Shown piece by piece: positions 10,064 to 20,822 of a DNA stretch of 64,000 bases (position 1 is the first letter of the stretch; each line of letters starts with the position of its first letter). This DNA comes from an uncultured Bacillales bacterium (lineage in GTDB: Bacteria; Bacillota_I; Bacilli_A; RF39; UBA660), in assembly GCA_946536225.1 (NCBI GenBank), contig CAMNEE010000001.1:475243-539242 (forward strand). The letters run 5' to 3'. Below the pieces are notes generated by a model that did not search any database, had not been told where the DNA came from, and saw only the letters and a program-made list of their open reading frames with translations. Made by a program: the position numbers and the translations under genes.

Positions 10064-10561
10064 ATGTTTTTAAGTGAAGTAGTTAATTCTATTATTATTC
10101 CAATTATTTGTTCAATTATTACAGGTGGTATTACTTTTACAGGTGTATTATTTACTATACATCAAGAAAATAAAAAGTATAAACTTATACAACAAGAAAG
10201 TTTAAGACCACTTTTCTGTGTAAAAGAGGAAGAAGATAATCAAAAATATCCTGAGATGGTATTTAATAAACCAGATATTAAAGATGTTTATTATAGAGTA
10301 CCTATAGTTATACTTCAAAATACAGATCACTCAGTTTTTAAGATAAAAAGAATATTTGTTAATAATGAAGAATATAAACCTCAAAGGAATAAAGTTGTGT
10401 TAAAAAATGAACTTATTCAGTTAATTGTAGAAAGCTCAATTAATAAAATAGAGTCTTTCCAAATAGTTGTTTTAGATATATATGATAATGAATATTTATA
10501 TGAAGGTATTATTGAAGATGGTAACGTTGTAGATGTTGTATTAAAACCAACATTTATGTAA
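10064..10561 (+). CDS. Hypothetical protein with N-terminal membrane anchor
   Basis: ORF with AGGTG RBS before ATG 10064; one hydrophobic segment. Confidence 0.55.
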   Translation: MFLSEVVNSIIIPIICSIITGGITFTGVLFTIHQENKKYKLIQQESLRPLFCVKEEEDNQKYPEMVFNKPDIKDVYYRVPIVILQNTDHSVFKIKRIFVNNEEYKPQRNKVVLKNELIQLIVESSINKIESFQIVVLDIYDNEYLYEGIIEDGNVVDVVLKPTFM

Positions 10562-10595
10562 ATTTTAAATAAAAAAATAAAAAGTGTAAAATTAT

Positions 10596-10629
10596 AGTCA
10601 CTGTTGCAAATGCAACAATGACTTTTTTT
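10596..10629 (+). terminator. Intrinsic terminator
   Basis: AGTCAcTGTTGC-aaat-GCAACAaTGACT plus T-run. Confidence 0.7.
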
Positions 10630-10666
10630 CTTTCTGTAATAGAATGATTATCATAGGAGGATAAAA

Positions 10667-12892
10667 ATGAAGACAGAGGAAAAATTTCATGGGGGGAAAT
10701 GGGAAAATGAAATAAACGTAAGTGACTTTATAAAAAAGAATATAAACCCTTACGAAGGAGATGAAAGTTTCTTAAAGAACGCTTCCACAAAAACAAAAAA
10801 AATATGGAATAAATGTGAAAAGTTATTAAAAGAAGAATTAAAAAAACATGTTCTTGATATTGATACAAAACATATGTCAGGAATTGATTCTTTTGATGCA
10901 GGATACATATCAGAAGATGATGATGTAATAGTTGGTTTACAAACTGATAAACCACTTAAAAGAATAGTTAACCCATATGGTGGAATTAGAATGGTTTATG
11001 AAGAACTTAATACATATGGATATGAATTAGATAAGAATGTAGATAAATACTTTAATGAGTTTAGAAAAACACATAATCAAGGAGTATTTGATGCATATAC
11101 TAGTGATATAAGAAAAGCAAGACATGTTGGTTTACTAACTGGTTTACCTGATGCATATGGAAGAGGAAGAATAATCGGGGACTTTAGAAGAATTGCTTTA
11201 TATGGAACTGACTTTTTAAAAGCTGAAAAGATAAAAGACTTAAATAACTTAACTGGGCCTATGAGTGATGATCTGATTAGATTAAGAGAAGAAGTATCTA
11301 TGCAAATAAGAGCACTTGATAGTATTGCTTCTATGGCAAGCAAATATGGCTTTGATATAACTAAGAAAGCAAAAAATGCTAAAGAAGCTATTCAATGGAC
11401 TTATTTTGGATATCTAGCAGGAGTTAAAGAAAATAATGGTGCTGCTATGAGTTTAGGTAGAGTTGATGCTTTCTTTGATTGCTTTATTGAGAAAGATATT
11501 AAAGAAGGAGTATTAACTGAAGAAGAAGCTCAAGAGTTAATTGATAACTTTATTATAAAATTAAGACTTGTAAGACACTTAAGAACTAATGAATATGATG
11601 AATTATTTTCAGGGGATCCTACTTGGGTAACTTGTTCTTTAGGTGGTATTTCTACTGAAGGTAAAAATATGGTTACTAAGACAAGTTATAGAATACTTCA
11701 TACACTTAGTAATCTTGGTTCTGCACCTGAACCTAATTTAACAGTTCTTTGGAGTGAAAAATTACCAGAGAATTGGAAAAAGTATTGTGCTCGTATGAGT
11801 ATTAAGACTGATGCTATTCAATATGAAAGTGATGACTTGATGAGACCTATTTATGGTGATGATTATGCTATTGCTTGTTGTGTATCTGCTATGAGAGAAG
11901 GTAAGGATATGCAATTCTTTGGAGCTAGATGTAATCTTGCTAAGTCTTTGTTACTATCACTTAACCATGGTATAGACGAAAGACTAAGAGAGAAAGTTCT
12001 TGATGATATACCTTTTAATGAAGAAGTGGTACTTAATTATGATACGGTAGTTAAAAATTATAAAAAAGTTTTATCTAAAGTTGCTGAAATTTACTCGAAT
12101 GCAATGAATATAATACACTATATGCATGATAAATATGCATATGAAGCAGGACTTATGGCTTTACATGATACAGATGTACATAGATATATGGCATATGGTG
12201 TTGCAGGTTTATCTGTAGCAGTGGATTCTTTATCAGCTATTAAGTATGCTAAGGTAACTCCTGTTAGAGATAAAGATGGTATTACTACATCATTTAAGAT
12301 AGAAGGAGACTATCCTAAATATGGAAATGATGATGACAGAGTAGATAATATAGCTGTTGAACTCCTTAAATACTTTAAAGATGAGCTTGCAAGTCATAAG
12401 ACTTATAGAGATGCTGAAGTAACAATGTCTGTATTAACTATTACATCAAATGTTGTATATGGATCTAAGACTGGTGCAACACCTGATGGAAGAGAAGAAG
12501 GAGTTGCTTTTGCTCCTGGTGCTAATCCAATGCACGGAAGAGACTCAAGTGGCGCTATATCATCTTTAAATAGTGTTGCAAAACTTCCTTATGAAAGAGC
12601 ATGTAAAGATGGTATTTCTAATACATTTTCAATTATTCCTGATGCACTTGGTATGAATGAAGAAGAAAGAGAAAATAACTTAGTAAGTTTACTTGATGGA
12701 TATTTTTCTCAAGGAGCACATCATTTAAATGTTAATGTACTAAACCGTGAAACATTAATTGATGCCATGGATCATCCTGATAAATATCCTCTTTTAACAA
12801 TAAGAGTGTCAGGCTATTCTGTTAATTTTAACAGATTAACACGTAAGCAACAATTAGAAGTTATTTCTAGAACGTTCCATGAAAAAATGTAG
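10667..12892 (+). CDS. pflB: Pyruvate formate-lyase
   Basis: IACCVS active-site Cys pair, TIRVSGY glycyl-radical motif. Confidence 0.97.
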   Translation: MKTEEKFHGGKWENEINVSDFIKKNINPYEGDESFLKNASTKTKKIWNKCEKLLKEELKKHVLDIDTKHMSGIDSFDAGYISEDDDVIVGLQTDKPLKRIVNPYGGIRMVYEELNTYGYELDKNVDKYFNEFRKTHNQGVFDAYTSDIRKARHVGLLTGLPDAYGRGRIIGDFRRIALYGTDFLKAEKIKDLNNLTGPMSDDLIRLREEVSMQIRALDSIASMASKYGFDITKKAKNAKEAIQWTYFGYLAGVKENNGAAMSLGRVDAFFDCFIEKDIKEGVLTEEEAQELIDNFIIKLRLVRHLRTNEYDELFSGDPTWVTCSLGGISTEGKNMVTKTSYRILHTLSNLGSAPEPNLTVLWSEKLPENWKKYCARMSIKTDAIQYESDDLMRPIYGDDYAIACCVSAMREGKDMQFFGARCNLAKSLLLSLNHGIDERLREKVLDDIPFNEEVVLNYDTVVKNYKKVLSKVAEIYSNAMNIIHYMHDKYAYEAGLMALHDTDVHRYMAYGVAGLSVAVDSLSAIKYAKVTPVRDKDGITTSFKIEGDYPKYGNDDDRVDNIAVELLKYFKDELASHKTYRDAEVTMSVLTITSNVVYGSKTGATPDGREEGVAFAPGANPMHGRDSSGAISSLNSVAKLPYERACKDGISNTFSIIPDALGMNEEERENNLVSLLDGYFSQGAHHLNVNVLNRETLIDAMDHPDKYPLLTIRVSGYSVNFNRLTRKQQLEVISRTFHEKM

Positions 12893-13607
12893 TATTGATG
12901 GTTCAATTGATTCAATAGAATCATTTGGGCTTGTTGATGGTCCAGGTATAAGAACAGTTGTATTTTTGAACGGATGTACTTTAAGATGTAAGTATTGTCA
13001 TAATCCTGAGATGCAAAAAGGAAAGAAAAGTAATATAAGTGTAGATGAATTATATAATAAGATAATTAGAAATAAAGCTTATTTTAAGAATAATGGAGGT
13101 GTAACTTTTTCAGGGGGTGAGCCTCTTTTACAAGTAGATTTTTTAATTCAAATTTGTAAGAAACTTAAGAGAGAAAATATTCATATTTGCCTAGATACTG
13201 CTGGTGTTGGAATCGGTAAATATGAAGAACTTCTTAAATATATTGATATTGTATTACTTGATATAAAACATTTAAAAGAAGATGAATATAAATATATAAC
13301 TGGTAAATCTTATGGTGAGGTAGAAAAGTTTATTAATGCTTTAAATAAAAGCAACACTGATGTTTGGATTAGACAAGTAATAGTTCCTGGTTTTAATGAT
13401 AATAAAGAATATTTGCTAAATCTAAATAATTATTTAGATAAAATTAAAAACATTAGAAGAATAGACTTTTTACCATTCCATAGATTAGGTAGAGAGAAAT
13501 ACTTAAAATTAAATATGACATACCCATGTGAAGAGATTGATGATATGTCTAAAGAAAAATGTGAGAATTTTTTTAAAGAGTTTATGTGTTTAAGAGAAGA
13601 AAACTAA
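12879..13607 (+). CDS. pflA: Pyruvate formate-lyase activating enzyme (radical SAM)
   Basis: [24 protein letters not shown]; overlaps pflB. Confidence 0.95.
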   Translation: MKKCSIDGSIDSIESFGLVDGPGIRTVVFLNGCTLRCKYCHNPEMQKGKKSNISVDELYNKIIRNKAYFKNNGGVTFSGGEPLLQVDFLIQICKKLKRENIHICLDTAGVGIGKYEELLKYIDIVLLDIKHLKEDEYKYITGKSYGEVEKFINALNKSNTDVWIRQVIVPGFNDNKEYLLNLNNYLDKIKNIRRIDFLPFHRLGREKYLKLNMTYPCEEIDDMSKEKCENFFKEFMCLREEN

Positions 13608-13650
13608 AAATAGTTTTCTTTTTATATGCTATACTTAGTATGTGATTATT

Positions 13651-14016
13651 ATGAATGATGATATAAAAATTAATAGATTACTTGATAGTTTATCTAAGTC
13701 TAAGTTCCGTGGTTCTTTTCATTTAAATAAAAAGATGAAAGACTATGTAAAAGTTAAAGGAATGGATAAAATAAAAAGGGATGCATATGAGTTAGTAGAA
13801 AAGAGAATAGCACCTGAGGTAATACCTAATGATGGTAAACAAACCCCTATGAGACAAGTTCATCCTGTTTTTATTGCCCAGCATGCAGTTGGGGCCTGTT
13901 GTAGATCATGTTTAGAAAGAATTCATCATATTTCTAAAGGAAGAAGACTTACTAATAATGAAATTAATTATATTGTTAAAGTAATAGATACTTGGATAAC
14001 TAGAGAAGTAAAATAA
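13651..14016 (+). CDS. DUF4186-family protein
   Basis: SKFRGSFHL, NDGKQTPMR, HPVFIAQHA, CCRSCL motifs. Confidence 0.8.
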   Translation: MNDDIKINRLLDSLSKSKFRGSFHLNKKMKDYVKVKGMDKIKRDAYELVEKRIAPEVIPNDGKQTPMRQVHPVFIAQHAVGACCRSCLERIHHISKGRRLTNNEINYIVKVIDTWITREVK

Positions 14017-14033
14017 TGGTATGGAGGAAATAT

Positions 14034-14348
14034 ATGGATAGATATATAGTTGTAGTTACTTTATGTGATAAAAAGGATATTGCAAATAGAATAATAGATA
14101 GATTACTTGATGAACACTTAGTGGCAGGATCTCAAATATATGAGTGTAACTCTAAGTATTGGTGGGAAAACTCTTTAGAAGAAACACACAAGTATAGATT
14201 AGAATTTAGAACTAAAGAACATTTATTTAAGAAAATTGAAGAAGAAATAAAAAACATTCATGATTATGAAACATGTGAAATATCTTCTTATGAATTAGTA
14301 AATGGAAGTAAGGAAATATTTGATTGGATAGATAAAAATATAATATAA
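14034..14348 (+). CDS. cutA: Divalent-cation tolerance protein CutA
   Basis: LVAGSQI...SKYWW...HDYETCEI pattern; GGAGG RBS before ATG 14034. Confidence 0.8.
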   Translation: MDRYIVVVTLCDKKDIANRIIDRLLDEHLVAGSQIYECNSKYWWENSLEETHKYRLEFRTKEHLFKKIEEEIKNIHDYETCEISSYELVNGSKEIFDWIDKNII

Positions 14349-14363
14349 ATACATGGTGGTATT

Positions 14364-15017
14364 ATGACATTAGAAGATTTGAAAAAAGAGTATGATAAAT
14401 TACAACTTAAATATGGAGCTAAAGAATTAGATTCAATTTATAATGGTGGGTGTGATAGTAACCCTGATATTTGTTTCGTATTTATGAATCCAACAGGAAG
14501 AAACATTGCATCTAGTAAGACATGGATTGGTTTAAAGTCTCCTTGGATAGGAACAAAAAATATCTGGGATTTATTTTATCAGGTAAACTTACTTGATAAG
14601 AATATATATGATCATATTAAATCTATAAAAGGAAGCGAATGGACCACAGAATTTGCAAAAGAAGTCTATGATGATATTAGTAAACATAAAGTATTTATAA
14701 CTAACTTAGGTAAATGTACTCAGGTAGATGCAAGACCTCTTCCTGATAGTGTTTATAAAAAGTATTTAAAATTATTTTTTAAAGAATTAGAAATAGTTAA
14801 TCCTAAAATAATAGTTTTATTTGGTAATCAGGTTTCTTCTATTGTGCTAGATAAAAAAATCTCAGTTTCAGAAGTAAGAAAGAAAAAGTTTATTAAAAAG
14901 ATAAATAAAAAAGAGTATGAATTTTACTCTGTTTATTATCCTGTTGGTAATGGTAGATTTAATATTGATAAAGCAATAGAAGATATTAATTATATAATTA
15001 AAAATAAAGATAAATAA
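14364..15017 (+). CDS. Uracil-DNA glycosylase superfamily protein
   Basis: FVFMNP, FITNLGKC, ELEIVNPKIIVLFG, YYP motifs. Confidence 0.7.
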   Translation: MTLEDLKKEYDKLQLKYGAKELDSIYNGGCDSNPDICFVFMNPTGRNIASSKTWIGLKSPWIGTKNIWDLFYQVNLLDKNIYDHIKSIKGSEWTTEFAKEVYDDISKHKVFITNLGKCTQVDARPLPDSVYKKYLKLFFKELEIVNPKIIVLFGNQVSSIVLDKKISVSEVRKKKFIKKINKKEYEFYSVYYPVGNGRFNIDKAIEDINYIIKNKDK

Positions 15018-15089
15018 TCTTTATTTTTTTGTATTTATATTGAAAAAATATAAAAAATATATTTTACTTATAATAGGAGTGGTGAGTTT

Positions 15090-17471
15090 ATGAAAAAGAT
15101 AAAAAACTTAATTAAAAAAATTAAAGAAGATTTAAAAGGTTTTACTCTTGTTGAATTACTTGCTGTAATAGTAATACTTGCTATAATCTTGGTAATAGCA
15201 ATACCATCTGTACTTGGAGTTATGAGAAGTGCAAGAGTAAAGTCTTTTATAAACTATGGTGAAAAAATAATTTCCAATAGTTTAAGTAAAAAATTACTTG
15301 AAGAGGTTGACTACGAAGAAGAAGGTTATACGGTTATATATGACTTAGATGATCTTGATTTTGATAATAAAGGTAATTATAAAGCATATGTACTGGTAAC
15401 TGTAACTGAAGATGGCTATAGTTATAAAATTACTCTTCATGATGATGAAGATATGGTAATTGGATATGATTATTCTAAGAACAAAGGTATGAGTAATGCG
15501 AAGTTAGAAACTTATGATAAGAATGACCCTAAACTTACACCTGAGTATTTATGTAGTTTATCATCATCATCCACATGTGTATATAAAGATAAAGAAATTA
15601 TTAATAATAATTATGTAGATGTTGAGGATAATACAAAAGAAGGATTTAAAAACGTTGGTAAGATAATAGCTGAAGCTGCAAATGATAAATATAAGAATTC
15701 TGATTATAATAAAGATTTAACTAAACCTGCATGTGCTTTATATGATTTAGAAGATTTAGGATTTACTAATCTTGGTTCATATGTAGCATTTGTATATGTA
15801 ATGCCTGTTGATAATAATACAAGAAGAGTAATGGTTTATATGTATAATAATTACTATTTTGGTGGTACATTAGACTATAATACATATGGATTTGAACCAG
15901 GAGAATATACAAGTATCAGGGCCTTCGATGATACAATGACTTATCAAGATGCAAAGAACCTCCTAACTGCTTATAATGTAGTAACAAAGTTAGTTGCGAC
16001 ACCTGGTGAAGATTGTTTCTCACTTAACTATAAAGGTAACTATATTAATAAAGAAGGAGAAACTAATGATGAAGAGTTCTGGAAAAAATTAAATCCTGAA
16101 TATAATGGTGGAGGTGGTAGTGATGTTACTGAACCTACTACTAAATCCACTACTAAATCCACTACTAAGTCTACAACAAAATCTACTACAAAACCAAGTG
16201 GATCTAGTAGTGGTGTAATATATGCATGTGGATCAGGCACAAATGATCCAAATGCTACAACTGCATCTTTATGTACTGGTCAACAAGTTAATACTGCTTT
16301 AAAGAAACTTGCAAATGGTGACAAAGCTACATATGAAACTGAAGATAAAACAGTAAAAGCTATCAAATTCACTAATACAAAACCTGGTTCATCTGTAAAA
16401 GTAGCTAATATTTCACCTTATAATTCAAAAGAAGTACTTGCTTGGCTTGACGGTACTACAATTTATATTTATTCAAGTAGCAATGATATAAATTTAAATA
16501 GTGATACTAGTTACTTATTCTCTAATTTTAGATATGTTACTTCAATAGACTTAAGTCATTTTACTACGTTAAATGTAACAAATATGTCTGATATGTTTTA
16601 TTTCTGTACAAAGGTTACTAGTTTAGACGTTAGCAAATTTAATACTTCAAATGTTACGGATATGTGGGCCATGTTCTATCATTGTGAAAGTATTACTAGT
16701 TTAGATGTTAGTAACTTCAATACATCTAACGTAAGATATATGTATAGTTTATTTGGTTATTGTGAAAAATTAAAGAGTATTGATGTAAGTAATTTTGATA
16801 CAAGAAATGTTACAAAAATGGGGCAAATGTTTACTAATTGTAAGTCATTCACTAGTATTGATATAAGTAATTTTATCACATCAAAAGTAACTGATATGGA
16901 TTGGATGTTTGCTAATATGACAAGTTTAACAACGCTTGATGTAAGTATGCTTGATACATCAAAAGTAACTGATATGGAGTATATGTTTGCTGGCTTAAAG
17001 GTTACTAGTCTAGATCTAAGTAATTTTAACACATCGAATGTTACTAGCATGAAAGGTATGTTCTCAATGTGTGATAAATTAACCAGTTTAAATATTAGTA
17101 GTTTTAATACTTCAAAAGTTAAAAGTATGTATTATATGTTTAGTTATATTAAGTTAACTAGCTTAGATTTAAGACACTTTAATACTTCTAGTCTTACTGA
17201 TACAGATAGTATGTTTGTTCATTGTTGGGAATTAGAAACTGTTGATCTTAGTAGCTTTAATACATCTAAATTAACTAGTTCTTATCGTATGTTCTATGGC
17301 TGCTATAAATTAAAAAATATTTATGTTGGTTCTGGTTGGGATATGTCGAAAGTTACTAGCAGTGATGAAATGTTTATGGATGATTCTAATCTACCTAACT
17401 TTAACAGTAATTATATAGATAAAACTAAAGCATTTGTTGGTTCGGGTGGATATTTAAAATCAAAAGCTTAA
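15090..17471 (+). CDS. Type IV prepilin-like protein A: two pilin-like domains, Thr-rich linker, DUF285/BspA-like repeats
   Basis: KG|FTLVELLAVIVILAII class III signal peptide; about ten LDVSNFNTSNVTxMxxMF repeats. Confidence 0.85.
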   Translation: MKKIKNLIKKIKEDLKGFTLVELLAVIVILAIILVIAIPSVLGVMRSARVKSFINYGEKIISNSLSKKLLEEVDYEEEGYTVIYDLDDLDFDNKGNYKAYVLVTVTEDGYSYKITLHDDEDMVIGYDYSKNKGMSNAKLETYDKNDPKLTPEYLCSLSSSSTCVYKDKEIINNNYVDVEDNTKEGFKNVGKIIAEAANDKYKNSDYNKDLTKPACALYDLEDLGFTNLGSYVAFVYVMPVDNNTRRVMVYMYNNYYFGGTLDYNTYGFEPGEYTSIRAFDDTMTYQDAKNLLTAYNVVTKLVATPGEDCFSLNYKGNYINKEGETNDEEFWKKLNPEYNGGGGSDVTEPTTKSTTKSTTKSTTKSTTKPSGSSSGVIYACGSGTNDPNATTASLCTGQQVNTALKKLANGDKATYETEDKTVKAIKFTNTKPGSSVKVANISPYNSKEVLAWLDGTTIYIYSSSNDINLNSDTSYLFSNFRYVTSIDLSHFTTLNVTNMSDMFYFCTKVTSLDVSKFNTSNVTDMWAMFYHCESITSLDVSNFNTSNVRYMYSLFGYCEKLKSIDVSNFDTRNVTKMGQMFTNCKSFTSIDISNFITSKVTDMDWMFANMTSLTTLDVSMLDTSKVTDMEYMFAGLKVTSLDLSNFNTSNVTSMKGMFSMCDKLTSLNISSFNTSKVKSMYYMFSYIKLTSLDLRHFNTSSLTDTDSMFVHCWELETVDLSSFNTSKLTSSYRMFYGCYKLKNIYVGSGWDMSKVTSSDEMFMDDSNLPNFNSNYIDKTKAFVGSGGYLKSKA
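16137..16193 (+). repeat. Degenerate 12-bp tandem repeat encoding (TTKS)n linker
   Basis: ACTACTAAATCC ACTACTAAATCC ACTACTAAGTCT ACAACAAAATCT ACTACAAAA. Confidence 0.8.
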
Positions 17472-17480
17472 TTTAATATT

Positions 17481-17508
17481 AAAGATAATCGAAATGATTA
17501 TCTTTTTT
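17481..17508 (+). terminator. Intrinsic terminator
   Basis: AAAGATAATC-gaaat-GATTATCTTT plus T-run. Confidence 0.75.
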
Positions 17509-17607
17509 ATTTAGTTTATTAAAATAATATAATTTTTTATAAAAATATGTATTTATTTTTTTATTCTTTTTATATAATTAAGATAGGAAGGAGAGTTAAG
17601 TAAAAGC

Positions 17608-18822
17608 GTGAGAAAGGGTTTGAAATTTTTGTTATGTCTTTTAGTAGGTATTTTATTTATTCCTACTGTAAAAGCAGAAGGTATTACGGTTAATGGCATT
17701 GTTGATAATTTTAGTGAACTTGTTGAAGATGGTAGAAATGAAGAAACTGGAGAGGGAATGACTGCAGAAGTTTGTTCTGATGAACAAGATAGTGCTGGAA
17801 AGTGTACTGAGGGTAATATTTATATTACTATTGTTACGGCTGATGAATATGATGAAGATTATAATGTTATTTCAACTAAGGAGTCTTATCTTGAGTTAGA
17901 ACTTAAAGATAATGTTTTATCTTGTACTTTAACTGATACATCTACTCAATATTTTGCTTTTTATTATTCCATTTTAGCTGTTTTTGAGTTACAAGGAAAA
18001 GAGTATAAAACAAAGGATTTAACTGTTACTCTTGAAAGAATAGCTTTTGATGAGAATTCATCTTTTGAAAAAGATGGAATGGAATTTATTTTTAATGAAG
18101 ATGATTCTATCAACTTTAGACTTAATGTTACTAAAGATATCAAACTTATAGAAGCAGTTTCTTTAGCAGTTAATCAAAGAAATGGTATTGGTAGTTTTAA
18201 ATATGCTTTAGTAGATGAAGAATATGATGAAAGTACAACAAATATAGTTAGTCTTTATGCTAGAGGTGATAAAGTTAAACTTAAAGCTGTTGAAGATGAT
18301 GAAGACTATAAGTTTGCTAACTGGTTAATTGTAACAAAAGGTAAAACAGATGAAGATGATAAATACGAAGTTTATTCTTTTGATAAAGAAATAACATTAG
18401 AACTTTCTAATGATATAAATCTAGTGGCAAATTTTGTCCTTAAAGAAATTGATAAAGAAGACTTTGAAGTAACTAAAGGCAATAATTCATCTTATGAAAA
18501 AGGAAAAGACTTAGTTATTACTGCTAATGGAGATATATTTGATTTACTTGGAATAAAAGTAGATGGATTATTTATCTCAAATAAACACTTTAATATTTTG
18601 AATGGTAGTACTATTCTTACACTTAATAGTGAATATTTAGATACTTTGAGTGAAGGAAATCATATTGTTACATTTGTTTATGCAAATGGTGAAGTTGATG
18701 CAACTATAAGTATTCCTGAAACAATTAAGAATCCAAAGACTTTAGATAATATAAGTATGTATATAGTATTATTATTCTTAAGTGTTGTATCACTTAGTTT
18801 AATTAAAAAATATTGTTGTTAG
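17608..18822 (+). CDS. Secreted surface protein with X2/Ig-like domain and NPKTxD sortase-like anchor
   Basis: Signal peptide ending VKA|E; GSTILTLNSEYLDTLSEGNH Ig-like motif; KNPKTLD + hydrophobic stretch + KK. Confidence 0.7.
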   Translation: MRKGLKFLLCLLVGILFIPTVKAEGITVNGIVDNFSELVEDGRNEETGEGMTAEVCSDEQDSAGKCTEGNIYITIVTADEYDEDYNVISTKESYLELELKDNVLSCTLTDTSTQYFAFYYSILAVFELQGKEYKTKDLTVTLERIAFDENSSFEKDGMEFIFNEDDSINFRLNVTKDIKLIEAVSLAVNQRNGIGSFKYALVDEEYDESTTNIVSLYARGDKVKLKAVEDDEDYKFANWLIVTKGKTDEDDKYEVYSFDKEITLELSNDINLVANFVLKEIDKEDFEVTKGNNSSYEKGKDLVITANGDIFDLLGIKVDGLFISNKHFNILNGSTILTLNSEYLDTLSEGNHIVTFVYANGEVDATISIPETIKNPKTLDNISMYIVLLFLSVVSLSLIKKYCC

Positions 18823-18904
18823 GTAAAGACATCGTTTGATGTCTTTTTTTATTATATAATTTTATATATGATATAATTTATTTAAGTGTAAGGAGAATAG
18901 GTGT

Positions 18905-19669
18905 ATGAGAGATAATGGATGTTTATTAAATATATATGAAACTACAGCTTATTGGTGGATTAGAACAATTAAGTATAGGCTAAGAGACTTTGATAAGAAT
19001 TCAAGTGAAGATAAAAAAGAAATTGATTTTTTAAATACTTTTTATAATCTATCTGATGATGATTATCGTGATTTATATTTAAGATTAAGTACTCTTACTA
19101 AAGAAGAAGTTAGTAAGTATTTAGAAAGTTCTCGTTTTAGTAATGATTTCTTTATGCAAAGTACTAAAAAACGTGGTCATGATGTTTTAAATGATGACTT
19201 AGGAAGTATTTTAGCTGTTCTTATTAAAGATATTAAACTAACTCCTAAAGGAGAAAAGAATATTAATATAATGACAAGTGACTTTAATGTTTGGACAGGG
19301 AATAATAAAGGTTACGTTGGGTTATGTCGTTTATTTGAAAATGACTATATATTAAATGGAGATAAAAAGTTTAAAGACTTTTATTACTTGGTTTTAGCTT
19401 ATTTAGATCAAGTAGGTGAGAATGTTGATTATAGTGTTTTAAGAAAATCTTTTGTAGATAGTTACCATGGAAGATGTGATAATAGTTTAAGTATGGATGA
19501 ATTATATTATTATTTTAATTATATGGTAAGAGTTGCAAGGGATAATAAATTACTAATACCTGATGATAAGGTATGCCATTTAGATATATGTAATCTTGAT
19601 AAAAAAGCATTTGATTACAAGATAGATGAAGCAAGTGATTTAGCCAAGAGATTATTAAGAAATAAATAA
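18905..19669 (+). CDS. Hypothetical protein
   Basis: 254-aa ORF with TGATATAAT promoter and AGGTG RBS; no recognised motif. Confidence 0.6.
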   Translation: MRDNGCLLNIYETTAYWWIRTIKYRLRDFDKNSSEDKKEIDFLNTFYNLSDDDYRDLYLRLSTLTKEEVSKYLESSRFSNDFFMQSTKKRGHDVLNDDLGSILAVLIKDIKLTPKGEKNINIMTSDFNVWTGNNKGYVGLCRLFENDYILNGDKKFKDFYYLVLAYLDQVGENVDYSVLRKSFVDSYHGRCDNSLSMDELYYYFNYMVRVARDNKLLIPDDKVCHLDICNLDKKAFDYKIDEASDLAKRLLRNK

Positions 19670-19692
19670 CTCTGGTACTAAGAGGTGAATAT

Positions 19693-20082
19693 ATGATTTT
19701 TGATGGTGAAGAAATAAAGATTAAAGAAATAGATGCCAATATTATAAATAATAAAACTATTGGTTTTAGTATATATATAATTGGTGAAAAAGGAATGGAG
19801 ATAGAGTTTTGTTCTAATGATGAGGAAATAGATCCTAGAACACTCAAATTAAACGAAAGAGTTAATATTGTTAAAAATATATACTGGGATATATCTTTAA
19901 AAACAAGTGAATCATATTATTTATTTGATATTACAAAGGATAGTGTTTATTTAACTAAGTTAGAAGACAATAAATATAGATTAGAAGTAAATATAAAAGC
20001 ACCAGATATGATTTATACACCTCTTGGAGAAAATGAATCATTTGATAGTTTATTAATAGATGTGACTTTTTCTTTTAAATAA
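19693..20082 (+). CDS. Hypothetical protein
   Basis: 129-aa ORF with GAGGTG RBS. Confidence 0.6.
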   Translation: MIFDGEEIKIKEIDANIINNKTIGFSIYIIGEKGMEIEFCSNDEEIDPRTLKLNERVNIVKNIYWDISLKTSESYYLFDITKDSVYLTKLEDNKYRLEVNIKAPDMIYTPLGENESFDSLLIDVTFSFK

Positions 20083-20093
20083 CTGATAACTGT

Positions 20094-20122
20094 TTGACAA
20101 TTATTATATTTGAAAATATAAT
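20094..20122 (+). promoter_or_regulatory. Consensus sigma-A promoter
   Basis: TTGACA, 17 nt, TATAAT. Confidence 0.75.
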
Positions 20123-20149
20123 ATTTTCCAATTGGAATGGAAATATTAT

Positions 20150-20713
20150 ATGAAGAATAATTTAAAAATAAAGGAAATTGACAAAACAATTAAAAAATTA
20201 AATGAGGATGTTGAAAGCAAAAAGAAAAGATATACTGATGCAAAGTTTGAAATGGATGAAATTACTTTCTTTGGTCCATTAGTTATTGCACCAGGATTAG
20301 GATTGGGCTTAGCTGCTGTTATTATTCCTTTAGTTTTATTTGGAGATCCAACTATGGTATCTAAGTTAACTTCTATACCAGGTATTTTAGGAATAGCTGC
20401 ATCAGAAGCATTTGGTATAACTATGTCTGCTATGGGTATTTATTCATTATTTATTCGTCCTGGAGAAGTTAGTAAAATATTAGCTGAATCTGAAGAAAAT
20501 ATTAATAAATATAATGAAATGATAAAAGAAAAAGAAGCAGAAAAAAAAGCAACTTTAGAACTTGTAGAAGAAAAAGACAATAGTACAGATATTAAATTCC
20601 AAAAACAAGAAGATATTTTAAATGATTTAGTTAATGACTATAATGATTATTTAACTAAGACTGAAGTATCAACTATGAAAAGAAGTTTAAAACCTAAAAA
20701 GAAAAGAAATTAA
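20150..20713 (+). CDS. Hypothetical coiled-coil protein with two Gly-rich TM segments and basic C-tail
   Basis: PGLGLGLAAVIIP and GILGIAASEAFGITMSAMGI hydrophobic segments flanked by coiled coils. Confidence 0.6.
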   Translation: MKNNLKIKEIDKTIKKLNEDVESKKKRYTDAKFEMDEITFFGPLVIAPGLGLGLAAVIIPLVLFGDPTMVSKLTSIPGILGIAASEAFGITMSAMGIYSLFIRPGEVSKILAESEENINKYNEMIKEKEAEKKATLELVEEKDNSTDIKFQKQEDILNDLVNDYNDYLTKTEVSTMKRSLKPKKKRN

Positions 20714-20822
20714 ATACTCAAGTGAATCTTGAGTATTTTTTTATAAATATAATTTCTAAAAGTAAAAGTTTTTCTTGCACTTAAAAAGTTAAGCAATTAT
20801 AATACTTTGAAAGGTGGGAAAT

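Noticed and set aside
10580-10625. Possible Rex or other operator palindrome upstream of pflB
   Set aside because: Poor match to TTGTGAAnnnnTTCACAA; the palindrome is explained by the upstream terminator.
16500-17400. Roughly 75-78-bp periodicity considered as a CRISPR array or DGR template/variable repeat
   Set aside because: It is in-frame coding repetition of DUF285-like units with synonymous variation; no constant repeat/unique spacer pattern, no cas or reverse transcriptase gene, no adenine-specific repeat pair seen.
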